Source: Desulfobacterales bacterium (lineage in GTDB: Bacteria > Desulfobacterota > Desulfobacteria > Desulfobacterales > UBA2174). Taken from it: a stretch of 64,000 nucleotides of DNA. This document shows, in pieces, positions 30,075-40,232 of the stretch; position 1 is the first letter of the stretch, and each line of letters starts with the position of its first letter. The stretch covers positions 352,001 to 416,000 of the forward strand of contig CAXXWC010000010.1 in the NCBI GenBank assembly GCA_963668645.2, in the 5' to 3' direction. The translations under genes were made by a program, and so were the position numbers. Below the pieces are notes generated by a model. It was not told the DNA's origin. It ran no database searches and saw only the letters and a program-made list of their open reading frames with translations.

Positions 30075-31352
30075 ATGAGAGAAATGGAAAGGGTGATGTA
30101 TGGACGCAATGCGCCCAGGCAGGTCGATCCGGACAATCTGTTTTTTGTCCAGGTCGACGCATCCAAATGCCAGGCCTGCGGGGAGTGTGAGAACCATTGC
30201 GCCACCGGGGCCATCCAGCCGGTGAACCAGGAGGGGATCCGGCAGGTGATCAACCCGGCAGCCTGCATGAACTGCGGGCAGTGTCTGATCCACTGTCCGT
30301 ATGGAGCGATTTACGAAGGGGTCAGTTTTGTGGACGAGATTTTCGCAAAACTGAAAGACCCCGACACCATCGTCGTATCGATGCCGGCACCGGCCGTACG
30401 CTACGGGCTGGCCGAATCCTTCGGCCAGGATACCGGTACCTATGTGGGCGGCAAGATGCATGCGGCCTTAAAGGCGCTCGGTTTCGACTATGTGTGGGAC
30501 AACGAGTTCACCGCCGATGTCACCATCATGGAAGAAGGCACTGAACTGATTGAACGGATCAGTCATCCGAGCAAGGAAAAACCCCTGCCCCAGTTTACCT
30601 CCTGCTGCCCGGCATGGATCAAGTTCGTTGAATCGTTTTATCCCGATCTGCTGCCCAACGTGTCCACTTGCAAGTCGCCCATCGGGATGCTGGGTCCCCT
30701 GGCCAAAACCTATGGCGCCGAGGAGACCAAATCGCCGGCCCAGAAGATCTACACCGTCTCGATCATGCCGTGTATCGCCAAGAAGTATGAAGGACTGCGA
30801 CCGGAGATGGCCGACAGCGGATTCCGCGACATCGACGCCACCATCAACACCCGGGAGTTGGCCTATATGATCAAGGCCGCAGGGATCGATTTTGCCACCC
30901 TGCCGGACCGTGATCCGGACCCGGCCCTGGGGCTGTCCACCGGAGCGGCCACGATCTTCGGCAACAGCGGCGGGGTGATGGAGGCGGCCCTGCGGCTGGC
31001 CTACGAAAAGCTTTCAAAAAAGAAGCTCTCCAACCCGGAGATTAAGGTGGTCCGCACCCACAAGGGCATCAACACCGCCGATGTCCCGATTCCCGGCTTC
31101 GGTGCTGTCAAGGTGGCCGTGGCCAGCGGGCTTTCCAACGCCGCCAAACTCTGCGACGCGGTGCGCGCCGGCAAATCCCCCTACCACTTCATTGAAATCA
31201 TGACCTGCCCCGGTGGTTGCGTCAACGGCGGCGGCCAGCCGCTCGACCCCGAGATCCGTACCGCCGCCCTGGCCTGCAAAACGATTCTGGTGGCGGTCAA
31301 CAAACGGCTGCAAATGCGCCATTCCGGTCGAGCAAGGAGGACAATCCCATGA
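30075..31352 (+). CDS. hydA: [FeFe]-hydrogenase large subunit (group A, two F-clusters)
   Basis: Two CxxCxxCxxxC motifs; H-cluster motifs TSCCPAW, MPCIAKKYE, EIMTCPGGCVNGGGQP; AAGGAG RBS. Confidence 0.95.
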   Translation: MREMERVMYGRNAPRQVDPDNLFFVQVDASKCQACGECENHCATGAIQPVNQEGIRQVINPAACMNCGQCLIHCPYGAIYEGVSFVDEIFAKLKDPDTIVVSMPAPAVRYGLAESFGQDTGTYVGGKMHAALKALGFDYVWDNEFTADVTIMEEGTELIERISHPSKEKPLPQFTSCCPAWIKFVESFYPDLLPNVSTCKSPIGMLGPLAKTYGAEETKSPAQKIYTVSIMPCIAKKYEGLRPEMADSGFRDIDATINTRELAYMIKAAGIDFATLPDRDPDPALGLSTGAATIFGNSGGVMEAALRLAYEKLSKKKLSNPEIKVVRTHKGINTADVPIPGFGAVKVAVASGLSNAAKLCDAVRAGKSPYHFIEIMTCPGGCVNGGGQPLDPEIRTAALACKTILVAVNKRLQMRHSGRARRTIP

Positions 31353-31693
31353 AAGATCAACCCAGACTCTCCCGCCGTGCATTCATCCGAACGGCCGGCG
31401 TGGCCGCCGGTTGCATGGCCGTGGGCTGGCCTTTGGTCCGGCCTGCCGGCGCCGCCCAAACCGATTTCGTCGCCAAGCGCCAGCAGTCCGTCTACCGGGC
31501 CGATGCCCAGGTTTACAAAATCCGCAAGTCCCAGGACAACCCGATGGTTCAGAAACTCTACGACCCCAAGGCAGGGTTTCTGCATGACGGCCCCTGCGGC
31601 CATATGTCCCATCACCTGCTGCATACCCACTACACCGACCGCAGCGCCGCAATCGCCGCGTTGAAAGACAAAGGCTTCGAGTTCGCCCTGTAA
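31349..31693 (+). CDS. hydB: [FeFe]-hydrogenase small subunit with Tat signal
   Basis: SRRAFIR Tat motif; IRKSQDNP, SHHLLHTHY; ATGA overlap with hydA. Confidence 0.93.
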   Translation: MKDQPRLSRRAFIRTAGVAAGCMAVGWPLVRPAGAAQTDFVAKRQQSVYRADAQVYKIRKSQDNPMVQKLYDPKAGFLHDGPCGHMSHHLLHTHYTDRSAAIAALKDKGFEFAL

Positions 31694-31912
31694 GACAGAC
31701 CTCGCCTAAAAATCCATCTTACCCCTGACCTGCGGCGAAGACACGCTCTGAAACCCAGGGTCGGGGTGCACGAAACCCGTCAAAAATCGGCGGCATGACG
31801 GCCAGCGCACGCCTGCCTGGGATCGAAAAATCCGATGAAATACTAAAAATAATAGCGGATAAAAACGGTTCAATTGATAATTTTAGTTTTTACTTGACCT
31901 TGCCGAGGGGAT

Positions 31913-32161
31913 ATGATGTCGAAAAAGCGGATTGGAGTTGTGGGACTGGCGATGGAGCACCCGGCCCATGAGGTGTTGAACGTACATCACGTGCTGGCCG
32001 GCCATGAGGCTCTTATCATCGGGCGCATGGAGGTTCCTTTCAGGGCCGCAGGATTAACGGTTATCGCGCTCATCATCCAAGCCACCACCGACGAAGTGGG
32101 ATCTTTGACCGGAAAGCTTGGGCAACTGCCCTGTGTGCGCGTCAAAACCAGTTTCCTGTGA
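31913..32161 (+). CDS. TM1266-family putative iron-only hydrogenase system regulator (ACT-like)
   Basis: KRIGVVG, IIGRM.VPF, SLTGKLGQLP.VRVK; 82 aa. Confidence 0.75.
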   Translation: MMSKKRIGVVGLAMEHPAHEVLNVHHVLAGHEALIIGRMEVPFRAAGLTVIALIIQATTDEVGSLTGKLGQLPCVRVKTSFL

Positions 32162-32181
32162 CAGGGAGAAAAGAGACACGC

Positions 32182-34302
32182 ATGCAAAATATTAGCGCCA
32201 GCAAAAATCCCTCTCGGATGACCGCCACAACCGTGCCGGCGGTCATGTTTCTTGCAATCTTTATCGGCTTGGCATGGTCCCCAGCCCGGGCTGAATCGGC
32301 TTCCACGGACGAGACCCAGGCCGCGGCACAGCTCGAACCGATGGTGGTCACGGCCCGCGGCAGCGCGCGGCCGGTTTCGCTCACCGCCGGCGGGGTCGGA
32401 GTGATCACCGCCGAAGAGATCGAGCGGCTGCAGTGCGAAACCGTTTCCGATATCCTGCGGCACATTCCCGGCCTCGAAAAAATTTCCGATTCGCCCTGGG
32501 GGCCGGAGATGAGCATCCGCGGCCTGGGGCGCAACAGCATCGTGTTCCTGGTGGACGGCTGCCGGGTGAACACGGCCACGGACATCAACGCCCAGTTCGG
32601 GCTGATCAACCCCGGGGACATCGAGCGTATCGAGGTGCTCAAGGGGCCGATCAGCGCCCTGTACGGCTCGGGCTCCATCGGCGGAGTGGTCAACATCATC
32701 ACCAAAAAGGGGCATTTCACCGCCGAACCGGATGTCAACGGTGAGGTGGCCTGGCGCTACGCCGACAACCCCCGGGGGATGGAGACTTACGCCAACGTGG
32801 CCGGCCAGGGCCCGCGCCTGAGTCTTTTCGCCTCCGGCGCCTACCGGGACTATGACGACCGGGTGGCCGGCGGCGGCGACACCATCGCCAACAGCCAGTT
32901 CCGCGACCAGCACCTCAAGGTGGCCGGCGCCTGGCGCTGGAGCGGCACCCAGACCACCGATCTCCAGGCCCAGTACGCCGAAGGCTACGATATCGGCATT
33001 CCCGGCAAGGGTCTGTCGCTGCCGGTGGGACCGGACGTCACCTACCCGCGCGTGAGCCGCTCGCTGCTCGACCTGGTCCACACGGTGACCCCCGAAACCG
33101 GTCTGCTGCGGTCGTCCGAGGTCAAGGTCTATCTTCAGGAGATCCAGCGCCGGGTGCGCATCGACAATTTCCCCGCCGGCTCGCCCGCGGTCAAAAACGA
33201 GCCGAGCGCCGATCACCAAACCGCAGGCTTCAAGTGGACCAACCAGATCGAGTGGGAGGATCATGCCGCGGTGGTGGGCATCGATATCTGGCGCTGGAAG
33301 ATCGATAACACCGAACGGGTCAAGACCTTGGCCAGTGGTGCAGTGGGCGTCGACAGCTCCCTTGGCAACGTCTCCCAGGAGACTTACGGCCTTTTCGCCG
33401 AGGAAGACTGGCAGGCCACACAACGCCTGGCACTGAATCTGGGGGCACGCGTGGATGCGGTCAAATCCGAGTGCGACACCCTCTACAACTGGATCAAGCC
33501 GCCCGGCGCAGCCATCGTCCCGACCCTCAAGCGGCTGGGCGAAACCAACAACGACATGAGCTGGCAGGCCCACGCCGGTCTGACCTGGCAGGCGGCCGAG
33601 GACTGGTCGGTGACGTTGCTGGCCGCCTCGAGCTACCGGGTGCCGGATGTGATGGACCGCTACAAGTACATCAACCTGGGCGGAGGCGTCGAACTTTACG
33701 GCAATCCGGACCTCGATCCGGAGCGTTCGGTGTTCCTGGAAACCGGCCTGCACTGGAGCACCGGCCAATGGCGGGTTTCGGCCTCCGTTTACGCCAATTT
33801 TCTCAAAGACCTGATCACCGAAAAATACCTCAGCACCACGGTGATTCAGCTTGCCAATGTGGATCGCGCCAACATCTTCGGCAGCGAACTGGAGGGGAGC
33901 TGGCGTTTCCACCCGGACTGGGAGGCCTTCGGGGATATCGCCTGGACCGAAGGGCGCAACGAAACCCTCGACGAGCCTCTGGCCTTCATCGCACCGCTAA
34001 ACGGGCGCCTCGGCCTCGGCTACCGGCCCGGCAGCAAGGATGGGTTCTGGGCCGAGGCCGAACTGGAGTGGGCCGCGACCCAGGATTCGGTGCCGGCCGG
34101 CGTGGCCGAAACGCCAAGCTGGGAGACGCTCAACCTGCGGGCCGGCTACCGCTTCAGCGCCCTCGGCCTGTCCCACGCGGTCAGCGCCGAGGTGACCAAC
34201 ATCTTTGACGCCACCTACCGCAACCACCTGTCCACCAGCCGCGGCATTGAACTCAAGGAAGCCGGCATCGGCGCCGCATGCCAGTGGAAAGTCGCCTTCT
34301 GA
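32182..34302 (+). CDS. TonB-dependent receptor
   Basis: LEPMVVTA, SIRGL, IERIEVLKGPISALYGSGSIGGVVNIITK, NPDLDPE, terminal F; start 32158-32218 uncertain. Confidence 0.93.
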   Translation: MQNISASKNPSRMTATTVPAVMFLAIFIGLAWSPARAESASTDETQAAAQLEPMVVTARGSARPVSLTAGGVGVITAEEIERLQCETVSDILRHIPGLEKISDSPWGPEMSIRGLGRNSIVFLVDGCRVNTATDINAQFGLINPGDIERIEVLKGPISALYGSGSIGGVVNIITKKGHFTAEPDVNGEVAWRYADNPRGMETYANVAGQGPRLSLFASGAYRDYDDRVAGGGDTIANSQFRDQHLKVAGAWRWSGTQTTDLQAQYAEGYDIGIPGKGLSLPVGPDVTYPRVSRSLLDLVHTVTPETGLLRSSEVKVYLQEIQRRVRIDNFPAGSPAVKNEPSADHQTAGFKWTNQIEWEDHAAVVGIDIWRWKIDNTERVKTLASGAVGVDSSLGNVSQETYGLFAEEDWQATQRLALNLGARVDAVKSECDTLYNWIKPPGAAIVPTLKRLGETNNDMSWQAHAGLTWQAAEDWSVTLLAASSYRVPDVMDRYKYINLGGGVELYGNPDLDPERSVFLETGLHWSTGQWRVSASVYANFLKDLITEKYLSTTVIQLANVDRANIFGSELEGSWRFHPDWEAFGDIAWTEGRNETLDEPLAFIAPLNGRLGLGYRPGSKDGFWAEAELEWAATQDSVPAGVAETPSWETLNLRAGYRFSALGLSHAVSAEVTNIFDATYRNHLSTSRGIELKEAGIGAACQWKVAF

Positions 34303-34521
34303 TCATTCGTGGGAATGGTCGTGGGCACCGTGCGCATCCCCGGCGTGGTCGTGGTCGTGCACGTCCGCCGCACCGCCGTGGGTGTGGGGATGGCTGTGCT
34401 GATGGTCGTGGGCGTGGCTGTGATCGTGCGCATGGCTGTGGACCGTATCGCCGTGGGCATGCGCGTGCTCATGGTGATGCGTGTGCTCGTGGCTGTGCTG
34501 GTGTTCGTGCTTGCCTTCCAT
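34303..34521 (-). CDS. Histidine-rich small protein (29 His in 72 aa), putative metal-binding
   Basis: HxHxH repeats; GGGAGG RBS 6 nt before ATG. Confidence 0.75.
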   Translation of the reverse strand: MEGKHEHQHSHEHTHHHEHAHAHGDTVHSHAHDHSHAHDHQHSHPHTHGGAADVHDHDHAGDAHGAHDHSHE

Positions 34522-34761
34522 GGCACCCTCCCTTTGAAGTGCGTCCTTTAGGGGGCCGGTCTGGCAACGGCAGCCGGCCGCGTCGGTCCTGATTCGAATT
34601 ATTGAAGCCTTTGATTAAAAAGTCAATTCAATCCGAATCGAAGTGGCCGGCAGAAAGAATCGTTGACAATTTGCTTGAGTGTGGTGTAAGGGAGTCAGTC
34701 AGCACTAAACGCTTAATTTTCGCCAAATAAAGTTGGCTTTCAGGAGAATCTCCAACAAGGC

Positions 34762-34870
34762 GGCTGAAGCCCCTGGCGTAACAAGATTACCTGGAAGCAT
34801 CGGTTTCGTGCAAAGCCATGAAGGCTTTTTCGCAGTGAATGCGGAACAGCCTCATGGCTTTTGTGTTTTT
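34762..34870 (+). promoter_or_regulatory. Tandem YGAA-hairpin attenuator candidate C
   Basis: GGC-TGAA-GCC; AAAGCC-ATGAA-GGCTTT overlapping terminator AAAGCCATGA...TCATGGCTTT-TGTGTTTTT; TTGACA at 34663. Confidence 0.65.
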
Positions 34871-35139
34871 AACCCGCCACCCGTACTCGGAAAAAAGGAG
34901 GTGATACGCCAAGACCCCTAAAGGAAGAAAGAGGCGGGGAAAGGCAGTCCGCTCCGGCCAGAGTCTGAGACTGCCCCTCCCCCAAAGCCCCCTTGGTGAG
35001 GCGGGGTGCTTCGCCGTTTTGTCTAACGCGGCCAGCCCCCTGCTGTCAACAGAGCACCCACCCGCTTTTCCTGCGCTGCCGGCTCACCAAGCCCGGGCAT
35101 TACCGGTATTTTCAAACATTCGGGAGGAGAAACATTCAG

Positions 35140-37185
35140 ATGCAAAAGATGCTCAGGGCCTGCCTGGGCCTTGCGGTAGGCGGCGTGTTCGGATTGATGG
35201 CCGCCTCTGCGGCAACGGCAAGCCAGACGGATCAGACCACCTATCAACTTGAAGAGGTCGTCGTCCATGCGCACCCGGTCAGCCAGGAGGGACTGGTGGT
35301 GGAACCGGATGTCACCATCATCAACGTGGAAAAATTTAAAAAGCCCGGACGGATAGAAAATATCACCGACATCCTGGGCGAAGTGATCGGGATCAACGTG
35401 ATGCAATCCTCGGTGACCCCGGCCCAGAATGAAGGCGTCTATATCCGAGGCATGGACCAGTCCCGCTTCCAGGTCTTTATGGACGGGCGGCCGATGCGCC
35501 TGCACGGCAGCAACGGTTATTTCAAGATGGACTGGACCACCATGCCCCTGACCAACGTGGAAACCATCGAGGTCATTCGCGGCAGCCATTCGCTCTTGTT
35601 CCCCTTCGCCCAGGGCGGGTGCATCAACATCATCACCAAGAAAGGGGTGAAAACCGGCGACCCGACCCCGCATGGCAGCGTCAAATTCGGTGTCGGGCCT
35701 TACGGCGACCAAAACAGCAGCGCCAACCTGAACGGCGGTATCGGCAACGTTTTCGGCTACGCCATTTCCGCCGGCCACCGGGAAGGGGACGGCTACCTGC
35801 GCGGCAACGATTACAATACCGACAATGTGAGCGGAAGATTTTCACTCTTTCTTCCGAACAACGGAACACTCACCTACGGCATCGACCACACGGACACGGT
35901 GACCGGATACGCGGTCATCAACGATCCGGACGATCCGGCCTCCGATTACGATCCGAGCTATCCCATCGTGCGCGCCGGTGATGTGGACACCTTCAGCCAT
36001 GACTATGAAGGCACGGCCTATGCCGGCGGCAAAAACCAGTGGGAGCGCACGGTCACGGACCAGAGCCTGCTCATCGACCAGCCCCTTTCGGTAGGTAAAA
36101 TCCGCGGGCAAGTCTACCAGCAGCGGTCGGAAAGGTACCGTTACCGCCACAACGCCAGCGGGGTCGATCAGTCCAACTTCAAAAACGAGTACACTGGCGG
36201 GATTTCCCTCAACTACCTGGGGTTCGATCTGATCCCGCAGCACGCCTTGTCGGTCGGCGGCGACTACCGCAATCAGGGAACCTATGACAACACGGACTAC
36301 TACCGTATCGCCACGGTTTTCATTCAGGATGTATGGGACCTGACTTCGTCGGCCAGCCTGACCTTCGGCACCCGCTGGTACGAATTCAAAAGCGACAGCT
36401 ATACCGCCGTCACCCTGGAAGAAGACACCCACGTCGAACGCGAATGGTGCCCCAAGGCCCGTCTGAACTATAATTACGACGATACCCTTGAATTGTACGC
36501 CTCGGCGAGCCGGGAGATGCGCTTGCCTTGAATTTGAGATCTTTGGAGATGGGCCCGGTCCGGGTCCGAAGAAGAATACGCCAAGGCAAATCCCGAATTC
36601 AAAACCGAAACCTCCTGGACTTACGAGATCGGGGCAACCAAAATGCTCCCCGCGGGAATCACCCTTTCCACGGCTCTCTATTACACCGACATCAGCGACT
36701 ACCAGCAGCATAACTACATCAGCGGCGCCACATCGTCTCTTGTCTACAACATCGACATGACGGTCTGGGGCTTTGAAGTCGGGCTGTCCCGCAGCTTCAG
36801 CCACGACCTGAGCGGTTACGCAGGATATACCTACATGGACTGGGATGCGGAAAGCCATCCCATGGATACCGCAAACACCCACTACTTCCTGCAGGCCTTG
36901 CCGAATCACAAGGCCGTCATGGGGCTGAACTACAAGCTCTGGGAAGGCGGCCTGGTCAGCCTCAACGCGAAGTATTACAGCAGCCGCCTGAGCAAGAAGA
37001 GGGACCGCATGGAACCGGTGCTGATCGTGGATGCCGGTGCCGAGCACACTTTTGAGCTCCCCATGGACACCAGTCTAACCCTGAAAGGCTACGTCAACAA
37101 CGTGACCGACCAGGATTACCAGTTGCACTACGGCTACGATATGCCCGGTGTTACCGCGGGCATTTCGGCAACGCTGAACTTTTAA
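35140..37185 (+). CDS. TonB-dependent receptor with two in-frame TGA codons (candidate selenoprotein, otherwise pseudogene)
   Basis: ORFs 34993-36531 and 36643-37185 share one frame; bridge reads EMRLP-TGA-I-TGA-DLWRWARSGSEEEYAKANPEFKTETSWTYE; terminal F; GGAGGAG RBS. Confidence 0.8.
36551..36567 (+). promoter_or_regulatory. Candidate bacterial SECIS hairpin
   Basis: GGGCCC-GGTCC-GGGTCC; G-initiated loop 19 and 25 nt after the two TGA codons. Confidence 0.45.
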
Positions 37186-37383
37186 CCGGACTGGCACAAC
37201 GGCGGCGATGCGCGCGCAAGGCGGTGCGCATCGCTCCCGCTGGTCCCCCGGCAAAACGACGGCCGTGAAGATGTCCGCGGAAGACGTGGATTTTACCCCT
37301 GTTGGATCCACGGACAGTACAAACATGACCATAGGCAGCGGTGGGTTGCCGCTGAAAAAGATCAACCGGCGAAAAGGAGTAGA

Positions 37384-38313
37384 TTGCCGAAAATGATACA
37401 TCCAAGCAGAGGGCGCACCTCGAAAATGCCGCTTTATCTGACCGCCTTATGCGTGATGGCCATAATCTCCTTGCCTGCCATGGCCCACGCGGCGCTCAAA
37501 GGCACTGGCAGGTGCTACGTCATCGGGGTCGGACCGGCAGGGCCGGAGCATGCCACCGGCAAGGCCATTGAATGCATCCGCAAAGCGGACGTCATATTTT
37601 GCTCGGAGAATATTCGCTCGCACTTTGCCGAATATTTGGAGGGCAAAACCATCCTCGGAAACCCGTGGCGAGGCAAATTCAAGCATAAACATCCCAATGA
37701 GTTGGAATCATCAGGGCCCGAGGCCAAACAGGCCTATCGCGAAGAAAGGTTCCAGTTCTGGGATGAAACCGCCGCCAGAATCCGGCAGGAAGTCGCCCAG
37801 GGGAAAACCGTTGCCATTCTCGACAGCGGCGATCCCTGCGTATTCGGCCCGTCTCATCGAATCATCGAGGGCCTAAGCGAAGACGAGTTCGAGATCATCC
37901 CCGGGCTGGGCTGCTTCCAGGCCGCCATGGCGGCTTTGAAAAAATCGTCCATCCCGGCTTATGATACACGCTTTGTCATGCTTACAGCCCCTGTTTTTTT
38001 GTTCGGAAAACCGCAAGACGAGGCCATCCTCCGGGATCTTTCCAAATACCCGGTTACCATCGGTTTCTACATGGCTCTCAAACACGCCGATACGCTCATG
38101 GCCACCCTGTCAAAGTACTACCCCGGCGATCTTCCCGTGGCCGTGGTGTACTACGCCGGATACCCCGAAAAGGAGAAAGTCATCAAAGGCACGCTGAATA
38201 CCATCCTGACAGACATCAAGGATGAAAAGGACAACTGGATGGGCATCATGATCATCGGCCGCTGCCTCGAAGGTCAGCCGCAACGGGGAATGGTCAAACA
38301 TATGTCACAGTGA
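37384..38313 (+). CDS. Tetrapyrrole-methylase (CobM/CbiF-like) homologue with signal peptide
   Basis: YVIGVGPAGP, ILDSGDPCVFGP, IIPGLG; hydrophobic leader ending AMA-HA. Confidence 0.8.
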   Translation: MPKMIHPSRGRTSKMPLYLTALCVMAIISLPAMAHAALKGTGRCYVIGVGPAGPEHATGKAIECIRKADVIFCSENIRSHFAEYLEGKTILGNPWRGKFKHKHPNELESSGPEAKQAYREERFQFWDETAARIRQEVAQGKTVAILDSGDPCVFGPSHRIIEGLSEDEFEIIPGLGCFQAAMAALKKSSIPAYDTRFVMLTAPVFLFGKPQDEAILRDLSKYPVTIGFYMALKHADTLMATLSKYYPGDLPVAVVYYAGYPEKEKVIKGTLNTILTDIKDEKDNWMGIMIIGRCLEGQPQRGMVKHMSQ

Positions 38314-38326
38314 AAGGAAATCCGGA

Positions 38327-39088
38327 ATGAAAAAGCTTTTCCCCGTTTTTCTGGTTTTAACTGCGGTGTTGGCCGCTTCCAGCGCCTGGGGCCACATGCT
38401 TTGGATCAATGCCAGCGACTACGCACCTCGGATCGGCCAATCGGTTCAGATCGAAATCGCCTGGGGGCACAAGTTCCCGAAAGACGAGATCGTCAAGGCG
38501 GACCGTCTGGCCCGGGTCTATGCGCTGGCGCCCAACGGGGCCACCGCCCCGCTCAAGCAGCTTTCCACCGGCCGATATGAACTGGCCACCGACCAGCAGG
38601 GAGCCTACCTGGTCTATGCCGAGGTGCAGCCCGGCGTCTATACCAAGACCACGGATGGATACAAACGCCAGAACAAGAAGGGGTTGGACAACGCCGTGCA
38701 TTGCGTCAGTTACGACATGCGGGCCAAGGCCGTGATCACCGCAGGCGGCCTCGATCAGGGCATGAACCGTGAGATGAACGATCTGATTGAAATCTTGCCC
38801 CTGGCCAACCCGGCAGTTTTAAAAGAAGGCGACACGCTTCCGGTAAAGATTCTGCTCAAAGGGGAACCCCTGGCTCGCGATTTCATTCACGCCACCTACG
38901 CCGGTTTTTCCGATGAAGGTGAAACCTTCGCCTTTTCAACCATGGTCAACCGGGAGGGGACGGCGAACATTAAGATCCTCAAGCCTGGCCAGTGGTTGAT
39001 TAAAGTCCCGCACAAAGGCCCGTATCCGGACCGGGAGGCGTGTGACGAAAACTTTTTTTGCATGACGCTAACCTTCGGGATCAAATGA
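38327..39088 (+). CDS. DUF4198 periplasmic protein (Co/Ni uptake-associated)
   Basis: Signal peptide then mature N-terminal His (AWG-HMLWI), WGH, EILPLANP, G.WLIKV.H. Confidence 0.8.
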   Translation: MKKLFPVFLVLTAVLAASSAWGHMLWINASDYAPRIGQSVQIEIAWGHKFPKDEIVKADRLARVYALAPNGATAPLKQLSTGRYELATDQQGAYLVYAEVQPGVYTKTTDGYKRQNKKGLDNAVHCVSYDMRAKAVITAGGLDQGMNREMNDLIEILPLANPAVLKEGDTLPVKILLKGEPLARDFIHATYAGFSDEGETFAFSTMVNREGTANIKILKPGQWLIKVPHKGPYPDREACDENFFCMTLTFGIK

Positions 39089-39089
39089 A

Positions 39090-40030
39090 ATGACCGCCAC
39101 CTCCATACGCCAATCCGCCCGCACCTGTCTGATATCGGCCGCGGCTGTTGCTGTTCTTGTTTGCCTCCTCGTTTGCCAGTCTGCAGCATGGGGCCGGGGC
39201 CATTTTTATGTCATCGGTACCGGCCCTGCCGGACCTCAGACCGCTACACTGCAAGCCCTGGAAACCATGAAGCAGATGGATGCGATTGTGGCATCCGATC
39301 AGCATGCCAAGCTTTTCACGTCTTACATTGACCGCAAATCCGTCCTGTTCGATCCGTGGAGTGGACTTTGGGACTATCGGGGGAAAAAAACCAGCGAACT
39401 CGATGAGCAGGAAAAAGCCGCGTTCAAGGTGGAACGCTTCAGGTTGAGGGACGAACGCGTCGAGCAGATCAAGGCCCTTTTGGCCCAGGGCAAGGACGTG
39501 GGCCTGCTCGACTCGGGCAATCCATGCCTGTTCGGTCCCAGTCACTGGTATGTGGAGCACTTCGATCCCCGGGACGTGGTGATTATTCGGGCATGGGCTG
39601 CGACGCAGCCGCCATGGCGGCCCTGGGCAAAAGCACGATTCCATCCTACGACACCCGGTTTGTGATGCAGGCCAGTCCCGCCTTTTTAAGGGATCGAGCG
39701 GGCAAAGAGCCGTCGAAGCTGGAAGACGGTCAAATCCTCAAAGACCTGGCCCGCTACCCCACCACGATGATTCTTTACATGGCCTTGCACGATCCGCCGA
39801 AACTGTTTGCCTCCCTGGGCAAAGTACTTCCCCCCGACATGCCCTGCGCCGTGGTCTTCTGGGCGGGATATCCAGACCGGCAACGGATCGTGCGGGGAAC
39901 GGTGGCCGATATGGGACAAAAATTAGCCAATGAAAACGAAAAATTCATGGGGCTGCTTTTTATCGGACGGTTTCTCGATGGCAAGCCGTACGAAGGCGCC
40001 ATGAAACGCCTGCAAGCCAAAAGCGAGTAA
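39090..40030 (+). pseudogene. Second signal-peptide tetrapyrrole-methylase homologue, single frameshift near 39587
   Basis: YVIGTGPAGP, LDSGNPCLFGPSH; ATTATTCGGGCATG lacks one base of expected IIPGMG; C-half continues in ORF 39524-40030. Confidence 0.75.
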
Positions 40031-40232
40031 CCGGGCGCCGGATTGGCATCAGGCTCAACCCGGGTTGAAAAACTGACAAGCGCAGCAACGTCCTTTCGGC
40101 CCCGAACGGCCCGATGGTTAAACGTTGTGAGGCACAAGCATCTTGACATCATTTGAGCCGGGGTGAGATGCTTTCCTTGTCTTTGGCTGACCGGCCACCG
40201 CCGGGTCATGGATGCCTGTCTGAAAGGAGCGC

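Noticed and set aside
31720..31800. Sixth YGAA-hairpin leader after hydB
   Set aside because: GCGAA and ACGAA words occur but without clean stems or a U-tailed terminator
34310..34510. CRISPR array or tandem DNA repeat
   Set aside because: Periodicity comes from His codons of the His-rich ORF; no repeat-spacer structure was seen anywhere in the window
34830..34980. Cobalamin riboswitch (fragments CCCGCCAC, GGGAAAGG, GAGACTGCC)
   Set aside because: Upstream GGGAA and GCCACTG elements are missing and spacing is wrong; an Rfam search would settle it
36529..36537. Genome-wide TGA reassignment
   Set aside because: Many genes in the window end at TGA at their expected C-termini, and Trp is encoded by TGG
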